DNA of 64,000 nt from Parcubacteria group bacterium (GTDB lineage Bacteria; Patescibacteriota; Minisyncoccia; Moranbacterales; UBA2206), in the NCBI GenBank assembly GCA_041661275.1, contig JBAZUU010000004.1, forward strand, positions 7,480 to 71,479, given 5' to 3'. Within the stretch, counting starts at the first letter, position 1. Every line of letters starts with the position of its first letter. Positions 9,477 to 19,057 of this stretch are shown here, piece after piece. The notes beneath the pieces were generated by a model, which was given only the letters and a program-made list of their open reading frames with translations, had not been told where the DNA came from and did not search any database. Position numbers and translations under genes: made by a program.

Positions 9477-9734
9477 ATGAAACTGATTATAAATATCAAC
9501 GATAACAAAGTAAGGGCGATTTTGGCGGAAAAAGGGAAAAATATTGATGAGAAAGGTTTTGATTTGGACAATAATTTGTCGGAAAAGCTTTTGCCAACAG
9601 TTGATAAGGTTCTAAAAAGGCATAAATTAGAGCCAAAAGACTTGAAAAAGGCGGAGTTAGAGTGTAATGTGCCGGATTCCTATACTACATATAGGATAGC
9701 GAAAGCGGTAGCGGACGCTTTGAATTGGAAATAA
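9477..9734 (+). CDS. Truncated TsaB(YeaZ)-like protein
   Basis: SEKLLPTVDKVL and DSYTTYRIAKAVADAL resemble the TsaB N-terminal domain; start moved to ATG 9477. Confidence 0.55.
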   Translation: MKLIININDNKVRAILAEKGKNIDEKGFDLDNNLSEKLLPTVDKVLKRHKLEPKDLKKAELECNVPDSYTTYRIAKAVADALNWK

Positions 9735-10002
9735 CCCCCTTGACAGAAATCGGAAAGTCTTTATACTTAGAACTACACACTAATCTTGACAAAAAATACG
9801 GGTGGAAAAACTTCATAGGAAATAAATATAAATGCATGAAAGACTGCACCTCAGTTGCGTGTCTTTTGATTTTGTTGTCTGCGGCGATACCAAAAATATT
9901 GCCAATTCATATAAATTAACCATCTTTAATATTTAGCCGTATTCGCGCGTAAATGTCCCTAGATTTTCAGCGGACTAGCGTAAATTGTGGCATAAAACAT
10001 TC

Positions 10003-13000
10003 ATGCTTAAAGTTGACAAAAAGCTCAAAGTAAAGAGTACTTTTGGAGCGCAATCATCTCTCGCCAAGCGAAAATTCTTCAAACCGATGTTGATGGTGTC
10101 TCTCCCAAACCTCATCGAAGCCCAAATCAATTCCTATGATTGGCTGCTTGAAGAGGGGATAAAAGAGCTTTTTGAAGAAGTGAATCCTATCAAGGACTTT
10201 ACGGAAAAAGACCTGGAACTATCTCTCAAGGACTATTATCTGGACGATCCGAAATACGATGAGGTGACAGCCAAAAGCAAGAATATTTCATATGAAGCGC
10301 CATTGCGTGCCAAAGTTCAGTTAGTCATCAAAAAGACCGGCGAGATAAAAGAGCAGGAAATATACCTGGGCGATTTTCCTTTGATGACCGATCGCGGAAC
10401 TTTCATTATTAACGGTGTGGAAAGAGTGGTGGTTAGCCAGATCATCAGAAGCCCCGGTGTGTTTTTCACTATGGATTATCAAAAAGGACGAAAACTTTTT
10501 GGAGCGAAAATTATTCCTAACCGTGGAGCCTGGCTGGAAATGGAAACTGATCTTGACGGAGCAATATCCGTGAAGATCGACCGCAAAAGAAAAGTGCCGA
10601 TAACCTCGCTTTTGCGGGCTTTTGGCTATTCTACCGACAAAGAATTGGTGGATCTTTTTGCCGATGTGAACAAGGGCGAAGTTAACCATATCGAAGCTAC
10701 TATTGCCAAAGATACAGCTAAAAACCAAGGAGAAGGATATAAGGAAGTATATAAAAGAATACGACCGGGCGATCTAGCGACAGAATCCAATGCCAAATCA
10801 GTCATTGATTCTATGTTTTTCAACTTTGAAAAATATGACTTTGGATCAGTTGGGCGATATCGTCTCAACCAAAGATTGGAACTGGACAAGCCGGATGATG
10901 AGGCGCACCGAGTGCTTACTCGAGAGGATTTGATTTTAATAATAAAAGAAATTATCAAACTTAATAATAATCCAATGGCGGTGGCTGATGATATTGATCA
11001 CTTGGGAAATCGTCGAGTCCGTTCTATTGGAGAACTAGTACAAAATAAATTGCGAGTAGGATTGGCCAGGACCGCTAGAAATATCAAAGACCGAATGAGT
11101 ACCTGTGATATCACGATTGTTGTCCCGGGCCAACTAGTCAATTCTCGACCAATAGCCGCTTCTATCAAGGAATTCTTCTCCTCTTCGCAGCTTTCTCAAT
11201 TTATGGACCAGGTCAATCCCTTGGCGGAGCTGGAGCATAAAAGAAGAATTTCGGCGATGGGACCAGGCGGACTTACTCGAGAACGAGCCGGATTTGAAGT
11301 GCGAGACGTACACAATTCCCACTATGGTCGCATTTGTCCAGTGGAAACTCCGGAAGGTCCGAACATTGGACTTGTCGGACACCTGGCGACATATACGAAA
11401 ATAAACGAATATGGATTTTTAGAAACGCCATATCTCAAAATTTATCATGAAGTGGAAAATAAAGAAGAAGTGCTTTTAAATAAAATTCTGGACGAGGCAG
11501 TGGCTGGAGGAAAACCGGGAACTATGATTGATGAAAAATTGGCTAAAGCTATTGTCAAAGAAAAATCCAAAAAAACTATAAAAATCCGTCCGTGGGTCTC
11601 TCATGAGATTGATTATATCAATGCTACCGTCGAAGACCGAAAAAGCATCACTCACGCCGGTGTCCCTATGGATGAGCATGGAAATATTCTGGCTGAAGCA
11701 GTGGGAGCGCGTGTTAAAGGACGAACAACTGAAATTGAAACGAAAAAATTGGATTACATTGATGTGTCAGCTAAGCAATGCATTTCTGTCGCCACCTCTC
11801 TTATCCCATTTTTGGAACACGATGACGCTAACCGAGCTCTTATGGGTTCCAACATGCAGCGTCAAGCAGTGTCTTGTGTGAAACCGGAAGCACCAGTTGT
11901 TGGAACAGGAATTGAGGACAAAGCAGCGGCCGATTCTGGGCAGGTGGTTATTGCTAAGATGGATGGTGAAATAGTGGAAGTGGATTCTGATCATGTGGTT
12001 GTCAAAGAAGCCGCGCCAGCCGGAGCAAAAAAGCCATATATCAAACGTGAATATCGCCTGCAAAGCTTTGTAAAATCCAACGCTTTTACCTCGATGAACC
12101 AGATTCCACGAGTGAAAAAGGGCGATGTAGTGAAAAAGGGGCAACTTTTGGCTGATGGTGCTTCAACTGACCATGGAGAGCTGGCGCTCGGACAAAATAT
12201 TTTGGTGGCTTTTATTCCCTGGGAAGGGTTCAACTATGAAGACGCTATCATAATTTCAGAAAAACTAGTGCAGGACGACCGATATTCCTCAATTCACATT
12301 GAAGACTTTTCTATTGATGTCCGTGACACTAAACTTGGACCGGAAATCGTCACACGTGACATCCCAAACATCGGAGAAGAACGTCTCAAAAACTTAGATG
12401 AAACTGGAATTATCCGCATTGGTGCCGAAGTTACTTCTGGCGATATTCTCGTTGGAAAAATTTCTCCGAAAGGTGAAGGTGATCTGACTTCGGAAGAGCG
12501 TTTGCTTCGAGCAATATTTGGCGAAAAATCAAGAGACGTCAAAGACTCATCGCTCTATCTGCCTCACGGCGAATATGGAAAAGTAGTGGATATCAAGATA
12601 TTTTCCCGTGAACAGGGCGACAAACTATCGACTGGTGTTATCCAACAGATCCAGGTGTCTGTGGCGCAACTCAAAAAAATATCGGTCGGTGACAAACTAG
12701 CCGGACGACACGGAAACAAGGGTGTTATTTCGAAAGTGGCTCCAGTGGAAGACATGCCGCATCTGGCGGATGGAACACCAGTGGATATGATTTTAAACCC
12801 GCTGGGAGTAGCCAGCCGTATGAACATTGGTCAGATTTTGGAAACCCATCTTGGCTGGGCAGCTTGGAAATTGGGATATAAAGCGGCGACGCCAGCCTTG
12901 GACGGAGTAACGGAAACTCAAATAAAGGAAGAATTGAAAAAGGCCGATTTGCCAGAATCCGGAAAAGTGAAACTGATAAACGGACGAACTGGTGAATATT

Positions 13001-13422
13001 TTGCCAACCCAGCTACAGTGGGAGTCATGTATGTCATGAAACTTCACCACCTGGTTGATGACAAGATTCACATGCGTTCTATTGGTCCATATTCTCTCAT
13101 TACCCAGCAACCTCTTGGTGGAAAAGCGCAGTTTGGCGGTCAGCGGTTCGGAGAAATGGAAGTATGGGCGCTTGAAGGTTATGGCGCTGCTTATACTTTA
13201 CAGGAAATGCTGACGATAAAATCCGATGATGTGATGGGACGTTCGAAAGCTTATGAATCAATCATCAAGGGAGAAATGATAAAGAGTCCTAATATCCCGG
13301 CATCTTTCCATGTGTTGGTTTCAGAATTAAAAGGACTTGGTCTTAATGTTGAGCTGATGGGAGAACAGAAAGTCAGAAATGAAAATGACATTGAACCAGA
13401 TGAAGATGTGACCCAGGCTTAA
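10003..13422 (+). CDS. rpoB: RNA polymerase beta subunit
   Basis: SQLSQFMDQ, ETPEGPN, GDKLAGRHGNKG, GGQRFGEME. Confidence 0.99.
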   Translation: MLKVDKKLKVKSTFGAQSSLAKRKFFKPMLMVSLPNLIEAQINSYDWLLEEGIKELFEEVNPIKDFTEKDLELSLKDYYLDDPKYDEVTAKSKNISYEAPLRAKVQLVIKKTGEIKEQEIYLGDFPLMTDRGTFIINGVERVVVSQIIRSPGVFFTMDYQKGRKLFGAKIIPNRGAWLEMETDLDGAISVKIDRKRKVPITSLLRAFGYSTDKELVDLFADVNKGEVNHIEATIAKDTAKNQGEGYKEVYKRIRPGDLATESNAKSVIDSMFFNFEKYDFGSVGRYRLNQRLELDKPDDEAHRVLTREDLILIIKEIIKLNNNPMAVADDIDHLGNRRVRSIGELVQNKLRVGLARTARNIKDRMSTCDITIVVPGQLVNSRPIAASIKEFFSSSQLSQFMDQVNPLAELEHKRRISAMGPGGLTRERAGFEVRDVHNSHYGRICPVETPEGPNIGLVGHLATYTKINEYGFLETPYLKIYHEVENKEEVLLNKILDEAVAGGKPGTMIDEKLAKAIVKEKSKKTIKIRPWVSHEIDYINATVEDRKSITHAGVPMDEHGNILAEAVGARVKGRTTEIETKKLDYIDVSAKQCISVATSLIPFLEHDDANRALMGSNMQRQAVSCVKPEAPVVGTGIEDKAAADSGQVVIAKMDGEIVEVDSDHVVVKEAAPAGAKKPYIKREYRLQSFVKSNAFTSMNQIPRVKKGDVVKKGQLLADGASTDHGELALGQNILVAFIPWEGFNYEDAIIISEKLVQDDRYSSIHIEDFSIDVRDTKLGPEIVTRDIPNIGEERLKNLDETGIIRIGAEVTSGDILVGKISPKGEGDLTSEERLLRAIFGEKSRDVKDSSLYLPHGEYGKVVDIKIFSREQGDKLSTGVIQQIQVSVAQLKKISVGDKLAGRHGNKGVISKVAPVEDMPHLADGTPVDMILNPLGVASRMNIGQILETHLGWAAWKLGYKAATPALDGVTETQIKEELKKADLPESGKVKLINGRTGEYFANPATVGVMYVMKLHHLVDDKIHMRSIGPYSLITQQPLGGKAQFGGQRFGEMEVWALEGYGAAYTLQEMLTIKSDDVMGRSKAYESIIKGEMIKSPNIPASFHVLVSELKGLGLNVELMGEQKVRNENDIEPDEDVTQA

Positions 13423-13456
13423 TCTTAATTAGAATTAATTTTATTTATAACTTTTT

Positions 13457-16400
13457 ATGGAATCAATATCCAACACTAAAATAAGCGATTTTGACTCGGT
13501 GCGGTTGAAACTGGCTTCTCCTGAGGAGATCTTGACCTGGTCTCATGGAGAAGTGACAAAACCAGAAACGATCAACTATCGAACCCAGCGCTATGAAAAA
13601 GATGGGCTTTTTGACGAGCGTATTTTTGGACCATCACGGGATTGGGAATGTTATTGCGGAAAATACAAGAGAATCAGATATAAAGGGATAGTCTGCGACA
13701 AGTGCGGTGTAGAAGTAACTCGGTCAATTGTGAGACGGGAAAGAATGGGACATATAAAATTAGCTACGCCAGTTTCCCACATCTGGTTTTTGCGCGGAGT
13801 GCCATCAAAAATTGGCCTGGCTCTTGGAATGGGCGTGCAAGACTTGGAGCGGGTCATCTATTTTTCCAGCTATATCGTGCACAATGTTGATGAAGAGCAA
13901 AGAGAACGGGTAATGAATCAGCTGGACACAGAATTCAAAACTAAACAGAAAGAAATTGCCAAAAATTTTGGCGCCAACGAAAAAGAATTGAAAGAAAAAA
14001 CGGAAGAATTGAAAGGCGCTTACAAAACCCTGAAAGATGAGCTAAAAAGTCTTCATCGACTGAAAATTATTTCCGAAGTTGAGTATTTCAATCTTTCCAC
14101 CCGTTTTGGACAGGTCTTTACGGCGGGAATTGGAGCGGAATCTATTAGGAAAATTTTGGAAGGAATAGATCTCAAAAAAGAAGTAGATACTCTCAAAAAA
14201 GAACTTTTGAAAGAAGAAGTTTCCGACAAAAAGAAAATATTGAAAAGAATAAAGCTTTTTAAGGGATTTATAAACGCTGGACTGCATTTGGAATGGATGC
14301 TACCGATCGCTATCCCGGTTATTCCGCCGGATTTGAGACCAATGGTGGCGTTAGATGGTGGACGATTTGCTACGTCTGATCTTAATGATCTATATAGAAG
14401 AATCATCAACCGGAATAATCGCTTGAAAAAACTGATTGAAATCGGAGCGCCAGAAGTGATTACTCGAAACGAAAAAAGAATGTTGCAAGAAGCAGTGGAT
14501 GCACTTTTTGACAACAGTGCCAGACGCTCTCAAGTTTCCGTGGCCGCTTCAACTGGGCAAAGACGAGCGCTTCGTTCTCTTGCTGATACCCTAAAGGGAA
14601 AACAAGGACGATTTCGTCAGAACCTACTGGGAAAACGAGTAGATTATTCCGGACGATCAGTAATTGTGGTCGGACCAAAACTAAAACTTCATCAGTGTGG
14701 AATTCCGAAAAAAATGGGGCTGGAACTTTTCAAGCCGTTTATTATCAATAAACTGATCGAAAGAGAACTGGCATATAACGTGAGATCAGCCGGAAAAATG
14801 GTGGAAGCGGAGGCGGAAGAGGCCTATGACATCCTGGACGAGATTATTTCTCATCACTACGTTCTTCTTAACCGCGCTCCGACCCTGCACCGTCTGTCCA
14901 TTCAGGCTTTCCAGCCAGTGCTCATTGAAGGAAAAGCTATCCAAATTCATCCAATGGTTTGTTCAGCTTTCAACGCGGACTTCGATGGTGACCAGATGGC
15001 GGTACACGTTCCACTGACTGACAAAGCCAGGTGGGAAAGCGGCAATCTGATGCTTTCCGCCAAGAACCTTTTGAAGCCAGCGAGCGGCGATCCAATCACC
15101 ACTCCGACTTTGGATATGGTTTTGGGTTGCTATTACATCACTCACATCTCACCCAATGCCAAAGGAGAAGGAAAAATGTTTTCAACTTACGAAGAGGCGA
15201 TAATGGCGTGTGAATTGGGTCATGTCGATATTAGAGCCAAAATTAAGGTTTTGCATGACAATGAAGTTTTGGAAACTTCCATCGGAAGGATCAAGCTCAA
15301 TCTCATCATGCCCGAAGGATTTGAATATATTAATCACGAGATGACCAAGAAAGAATTGAAAGTGCTGGTAGCAAGAGTTCTAGAACTAAAAGGTCAGGAA
15401 GAAGCTGCTCAATTTGTGGACAGGATAAAAGACTTGGGATTTGAGTCGGTCACCAACTCCGGAATTTCTTGGGGGATGGACGACTTGATTGTGCCTGCAG
15501 GCAAAAAAGATATCATGATCGAAGCGGAAAAACAAGTAGAAACTGTCAAAAAGCAATATAATATGGGACTCCTGACTGAAGAAGAAAGAAAAGACAAGGT
15601 AATTGAGATTTGGAATGATTCCAAAAACAAAATTACTGATCTGGTGCGCGCCGGAATGGACAAAGAGGGTCCGGTATATTCCATGGTCTATTCCAAAGCC
15701 AGAGGTTCCGAATCAGTGGTGGTGCAGATGTCCGGAATGAAAGGTCTTATGGCCGGTCCAACCGGAGAAACGATCGAACTTCCGGTTAAGAGCTCTTTCA
15801 AAGAAGGACTGAACGTTTTGGAATATTTTATTTCTACTCACGGCGCCCGAAAAGGTATGGCTGACACCGCTCTTCGAACGGCGACTGCTGGATATCTGAC
15901 TAGACGCCTTGTTGACGTGGCGCAGGATGTTATTGTTCGGGAAAAAGATTGTCATGATAAAAATGGCGCTTTCATGTATAAAGAAGATTCTGATCGAATT
16001 GGCCAGAGCTTTGCCGCCAGGATCATTGGTCGTGTTCTTTTGGAAGACGCTGTTGATCCAAAGACCGGAGAAGTTGTCGCCGCTAAGGGTGATATGATTT
16101 CCAAGATTCAGGGTGAGCAAATTGAAAAAGCCAATATGGACAAATTGAAGGTTCGATCGATTATCACTTGCAAAACTGCCCGTGGAGTGTGCCAGAAATG
16201 CTATGGAATGGACTTAGGACGTGGACATTTGGTGGAAATCGGTCAAGCTGTCGGAATTGTAGCGGCGCAGGCCATCGGTGAACCTGGAACGCAGCTTACT
16301 ATGCGTACCTTTCACATCGGAGGAGTGGCCGGAACAGATATTACTCAAGGTCTTCCCCGAGTGGAAGAAATTTTTGAAGCCCGTCCGCCGAAAGGTGAAT

Positions 16401-17047
16401 CAGTTGTCAGTGAAATCGACGGGAAGGTTTTGGAAATTGAAAATGTCGACAAAAATATTATTGTCAAAATTGAAGCGACTGACAAAAACAAGACAATCAA
16501 AGAATATCAACTTCCAGCTGGAACAACGGTCAAGGTGGCCACTGGTGATTTGGTCGGAAAGGGATCGCAACTCAATGAAGGTCACATCGATCTTAAAAAA
16601 TATTATAAGATCACTGGCTGGGAAGAAGTTTGTCGCTATATCATTCGGGAAATTCAGGAAGTGTATGCATCACAAGGTGAAGGTATCAACGACAAACATA
16701 TTGAAATTATCATTCGTCAGATGTTTTCTCGCATTAATATTTTGACCGAAGGCGATAGTAATTTCTTGGTTGGCGACATCACAGAAATAGACGAATTTAA
16801 TGAAGAAAACACTCGCGTCAAAGAGCGAAATGGCGAAATGGCCAAAGGTGAAAAAATGCTTCTTGGAATCACCAAAGTGGCTCTTTCCACTGAAAGTTTC
16901 CTCTCTGCGGCGTCTTTCATGGAAACCGCCCGCGTGCTCATCAATGCGGCTGTTGCCGGCAAAGAAGACAAGCTGCGCGGTCTCAAAGAAAACGTCATCA
17001 TCGGAAAACTTATTCCAGCAGGGACAGGGTTTCGGAATATAAAGTAG
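13457..17047 (+). CDS. rpoC: RNA polymerase beta' subunit
   Basis: NADFDGDQM, Zn-finger Cys, GEPGTQLTMRTFH. Confidence 0.99.
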   Translation: MESISNTKISDFDSVRLKLASPEEILTWSHGEVTKPETINYRTQRYEKDGLFDERIFGPSRDWECYCGKYKRIRYKGIVCDKCGVEVTRSIVRRERMGHIKLATPVSHIWFLRGVPSKIGLALGMGVQDLERVIYFSSYIVHNVDEEQRERVMNQLDTEFKTKQKEIAKNFGANEKELKEKTEELKGAYKTLKDELKSLHRLKIISEVEYFNLSTRFGQVFTAGIGAESIRKILEGIDLKKEVDTLKKELLKEEVSDKKKILKRIKLFKGFINAGLHLEWMLPIAIPVIPPDLRPMVALDGGRFATSDLNDLYRRIINRNNRLKKLIEIGAPEVITRNEKRMLQEAVDALFDNSARRSQVSVAASTGQRRALRSLADTLKGKQGRFRQNLLGKRVDYSGRSVIVVGPKLKLHQCGIPKKMGLELFKPFIINKLIERELAYNVRSAGKMVEAEAEEAYDILDEIISHHYVLLNRAPTLHRLSIQAFQPVLIEGKAIQIHPMVCSAFNADFDGDQMAVHVPLTDKARWESGNLMLSAKNLLKPASGDPITTPTLDMVLGCYYITHISPNAKGEGKMFSTYEEAIMACELGHVDIRAKIKVLHDNEVLETSIGRIKLNLIMPEGFEYINHEMTKKELKVLVARVLELKGQEEAAQFVDRIKDLGFESVTNSGISWGMDDLIVPAGKKDIMIEAEKQVETVKKQYNMGLLTEEERKDKVIEIWNDSKNKITDLVRAGMDKEGPVYSMVYSKARGSESVVVQMSGMKGLMAGPTGETIELPVKSSFKEGLNVLEYFISTHGARKGMADTALRTATAGYLTRRLVDVAQDVIVREKDCHDKNGAFMYKEDSDRIGQSFAARIIGRVLLEDAVDPKTGEVVAAKGDMISKIQGEQIEKANMDKLKVRSIITCKTARGVCQKCYGMDLGRGHLVEIGQAVGIVAAQAIGEPGTQLTMRTFHIGGVAGTDITQGLPRVEEIFEARPPKGESVVSEIDGKVLEIENVDKNIIVKIEATDKNKTIKEYQLPAGTTVKVATGDLVGKGSQLNEGHIDLKKYYKITGWEEVCRYIIREIQEVYASQGEGINDKHIEIIIRQMFSRINILTEGDSNFLVGDITEIDEFNEENTRVKERNGEMAKGEKMLLGITKVALSTESFLSAASFMETARVLINAAVAGKEDKLRGLKENVIIGKLIPAGTGFRNIK
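16989..17047 (+). repeat. 59-bp direct repeat, copy 1 (rpoC 3' end)
   Basis: Identical to 18326-18384. Confidence 0.95.
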
Positions 17048-17081
17048 ATTTTAGCTGTTAGCTTATAGCTTTTAGGATAGA

Positions 17082-17110
17082 AAAAAGCCCCGGATTATCC
17101 GGGACTTTTT
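17082..17110 (+). terminator. rpoC terminator
   Basis: cccgga-tta-tccggg followed by T run. Confidence 0.7.
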
Positions 17111-17184
17111 AATAAGGAAAACTTGACAAATCTTATAATTACTGATAAAATTGATAATGTAATCTCATAATTTATAATAATTAT

Positions 17185-18318
17185 ATGAATTATATCCCAA
17201 GATTAATAACAAGTTCCATAGAAAATCGCTTATTTAAGGGAAAAGTCATAATTATCTATGGTGCCAGACAAGTTGGAAAGACCACTTTGGTCAAGAAAAT
17301 TTTAGAAAAATACAGTTCAAGTGGCGATTATTTGAACTGTGAGTTATTATCCGTCCGAAAAGGGCTTTCGGAACCGGAAGCGGTCAAGTTGAAAAAGTTT
17401 CTTGGAAATTATAAAATCATTGTTCTGGATGAAGCTCAAAACATTCCCAATATTGGATTAATTCTCAAAATAATTGTAGATACTTACCCAGAACTGCAGA
17501 TTATTGCTACCGGCTCATCCAGTTTTGATTTAGCGCAAAAAATTTCCGAACCCATGACAGGAAGAACCTTTACTTTTATGCTTTATCCAATTTCGTTAAG
17601 AGAAATTAGACAAAAAGAAAATTTAATCGAAGTAGAGGCAAAACTGGAAAGTTTGTTAAGATTTGGAAGTTACCCGGAAATACTGACTCTAAGTGAAGGT
17701 GAATCCAAGGAGCGTCTCAACGAAATCGCGTCCAAATATTTATATAAAGATATTTTAAGTTTCGAAGGTCTTAAGAAGGCTGATGTTATAAGAAATCTTC
17801 TGGAACTTTTGGCTCTTCAGTTGGGCAATGAAGTTTCTTATAATGAATTGGCCACAAAACTTGGAATTGATCGGTTAACCGTTCTAAAATATATAAATAT
17901 CTTGGAACAATCATTTGTTGTTTTTCGTCTAAGGGCTTTCAGTCGAAATCTTCGAAAAGAGATATCCAAATCGGTTAAAATATATTTTTATGATTTGGGC
18001 GTCAGAAACAGTATAATTGAAAGCTATAACCGGCTAGATGTAAGAAACGACACTGGAGCGTTGTGGGAAAATTTTTGTATCGTGGAAAGAAAGAAAAATA
18101 ACGAAAGCGATTTCCGATTTGTGAATTCATATTTTTGGCGCACATATGATCAAAAAGAAATTGATTATATCGAAGAAAAAGACGGCCAACTTCGTGGATT
18201 TGAATTTAAATGGAACGCGAAAAAGGACATAAAATTACCAAAAGAGTTTATAAAAAGCTACAACGCGACGGTGGAAAAAGTTGATCCGGAAAATTATTGG
18301 AAGTTTTTGAAACTATAA
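17185..18318 (+). CDS. AAA+ ATPase (AAA_14 + DUF4143 type) with C-terminal PD-(D/E)xK-like segment
   Basis: GARQVGKTT, LDEAQ, ATGSSS, KIYFYDLG, EIDYI..FEFKW; promoter TTGACA-17-TAAAAT at 17123-17151. Confidence 0.9.
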   Translation: MNYIPRLITSSIENRLFKGKVIIIYGARQVGKTTLVKKILEKYSSSGDYLNCELLSVRKGLSEPEAVKLKKFLGNYKIIVLDEAQNIPNIGLILKIIVDTYPELQIIATGSSSFDLAQKISEPMTGRTFTFMLYPISLREIRQKENLIEVEAKLESLLRFGSYPEILTLSEGESKERLNEIASKYLYKDILSFEGLKKADVIRNLLELLALQLGNEVSYNELATKLGIDRLTVLKYINILEQSFVVFRLRAFSRNLRKEISKSVKIYFYDLGVRNSIIESYNRLDVRNDTGALWENFCIVERKKNNESDFRFVNSYFWRTYDQKEIDYIEEKDGQLRGFEFKWNAKKDIKLPKEFIKSYNATVEKVDPENYWKFLKL

Positions 18319-18325
18319 CGCGCAA

Positions 18326-18384
18326 AAAACGTCATCATCGGAAAACTTATTCCAGCAGGGACAGGGTTTCGGAATATAAAGTAG
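18326..18384 (+). repeat. 59-bp direct repeat, copy 2 (duplicate of rpoC 3' end)
   Basis: Identical to 16989-17047, followed by its own terminator at about 18395-18427. Confidence 0.95.
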
Positions 18385-18493
18385 CTTTTATGGAAAAAAC
18401 GACTTGGCTTATCGTCAGGTCGTTTTTGTTTTGTAGAGTAGTAGTTGACTACAATTCCTTATGATGATACTATATCACTATAAAAACAAAATA

Positions 18494-18877
18494 ATGAAAA
18501 AAGATTTTGTAAAGTGGCAATTAGAAAAAGAAATAATAAATAGCCGAAATAGAGAAATATATTTTCGCGAAAGGCAAATATGGTGGTGTAGCATCGGACT
18601 CAATATTGGTTATGAGCAGGATGGTAAAAATGAACGATTTGAACGCCCGGTTTTGATTTTGAAAAAGTTTAGTAAGGATTTATTTTGGGCTTTGCCAACC
18701 ACCAGCCAAAATAAAACAGGAGCCTATTATTACCAATATAACTATAACGGCAGAAAATACTCCATAATACTTTCGCAATTACGAGCATTGAGTAGTAAGC
18801 GATTATTGAGAAAAATAAGAAAACTGCGGGAAGACGACTTCGAAAAAGTAAAAACTTCCGTAAGAAGTTTGATATAA
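18494..18877 (+). CDS. PemK/MazF-family endoribonuclease, no adjacent protein antitoxin
   Basis: IWWCSIGLNIGYEQDGK..RPVLIL, LPTTS, LSQLR..SKRL; promoter TTGACT-17-TACTAT at 18445-18473. Confidence 0.85.
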   Translation: MKKDFVKWQLEKEIINSRNREIYFRERQIWWCSIGLNIGYEQDGKNERFERPVLILKKFSKDLFWALPTTSQNKTGAYYYQYNYNGRKYSIILSQLRALSSKRLLRKIRKLREDDFEKVKTSVRSLI

Positions 18878-18939
18878 AAAACGAAACCCTCCTTTCGGAG
18901 GGAATCTCGGAGCTTCGAATTGCTTCAAAGCCATTTGTA
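18876..18939 (-). ncRNA. Candidate small RNA convergent on mazF
   Basis: Minus strand TTGCAA-17-TAGTAT promoter with extended TG, GCAA-loop hairpin, GAAA-loop terminator. Confidence 0.6.
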
Positions 18940-19057
18940 ATGTAATACTACCACAGAGTCAATTTTATTGCAATAGCGGGTTTATTGTCCAGGTAAACCC
19001 TATTTTGTTGGTCTTTTCCCGCCGGGCGTGTATAATTAGGACAAAATTGAAATTATT

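Noticed and set aside
9725-9919. 64-aa ORF upstream of rpoB
   Set aside because: Spans the rpoB promoter and leader; non-ATG start and no protein features
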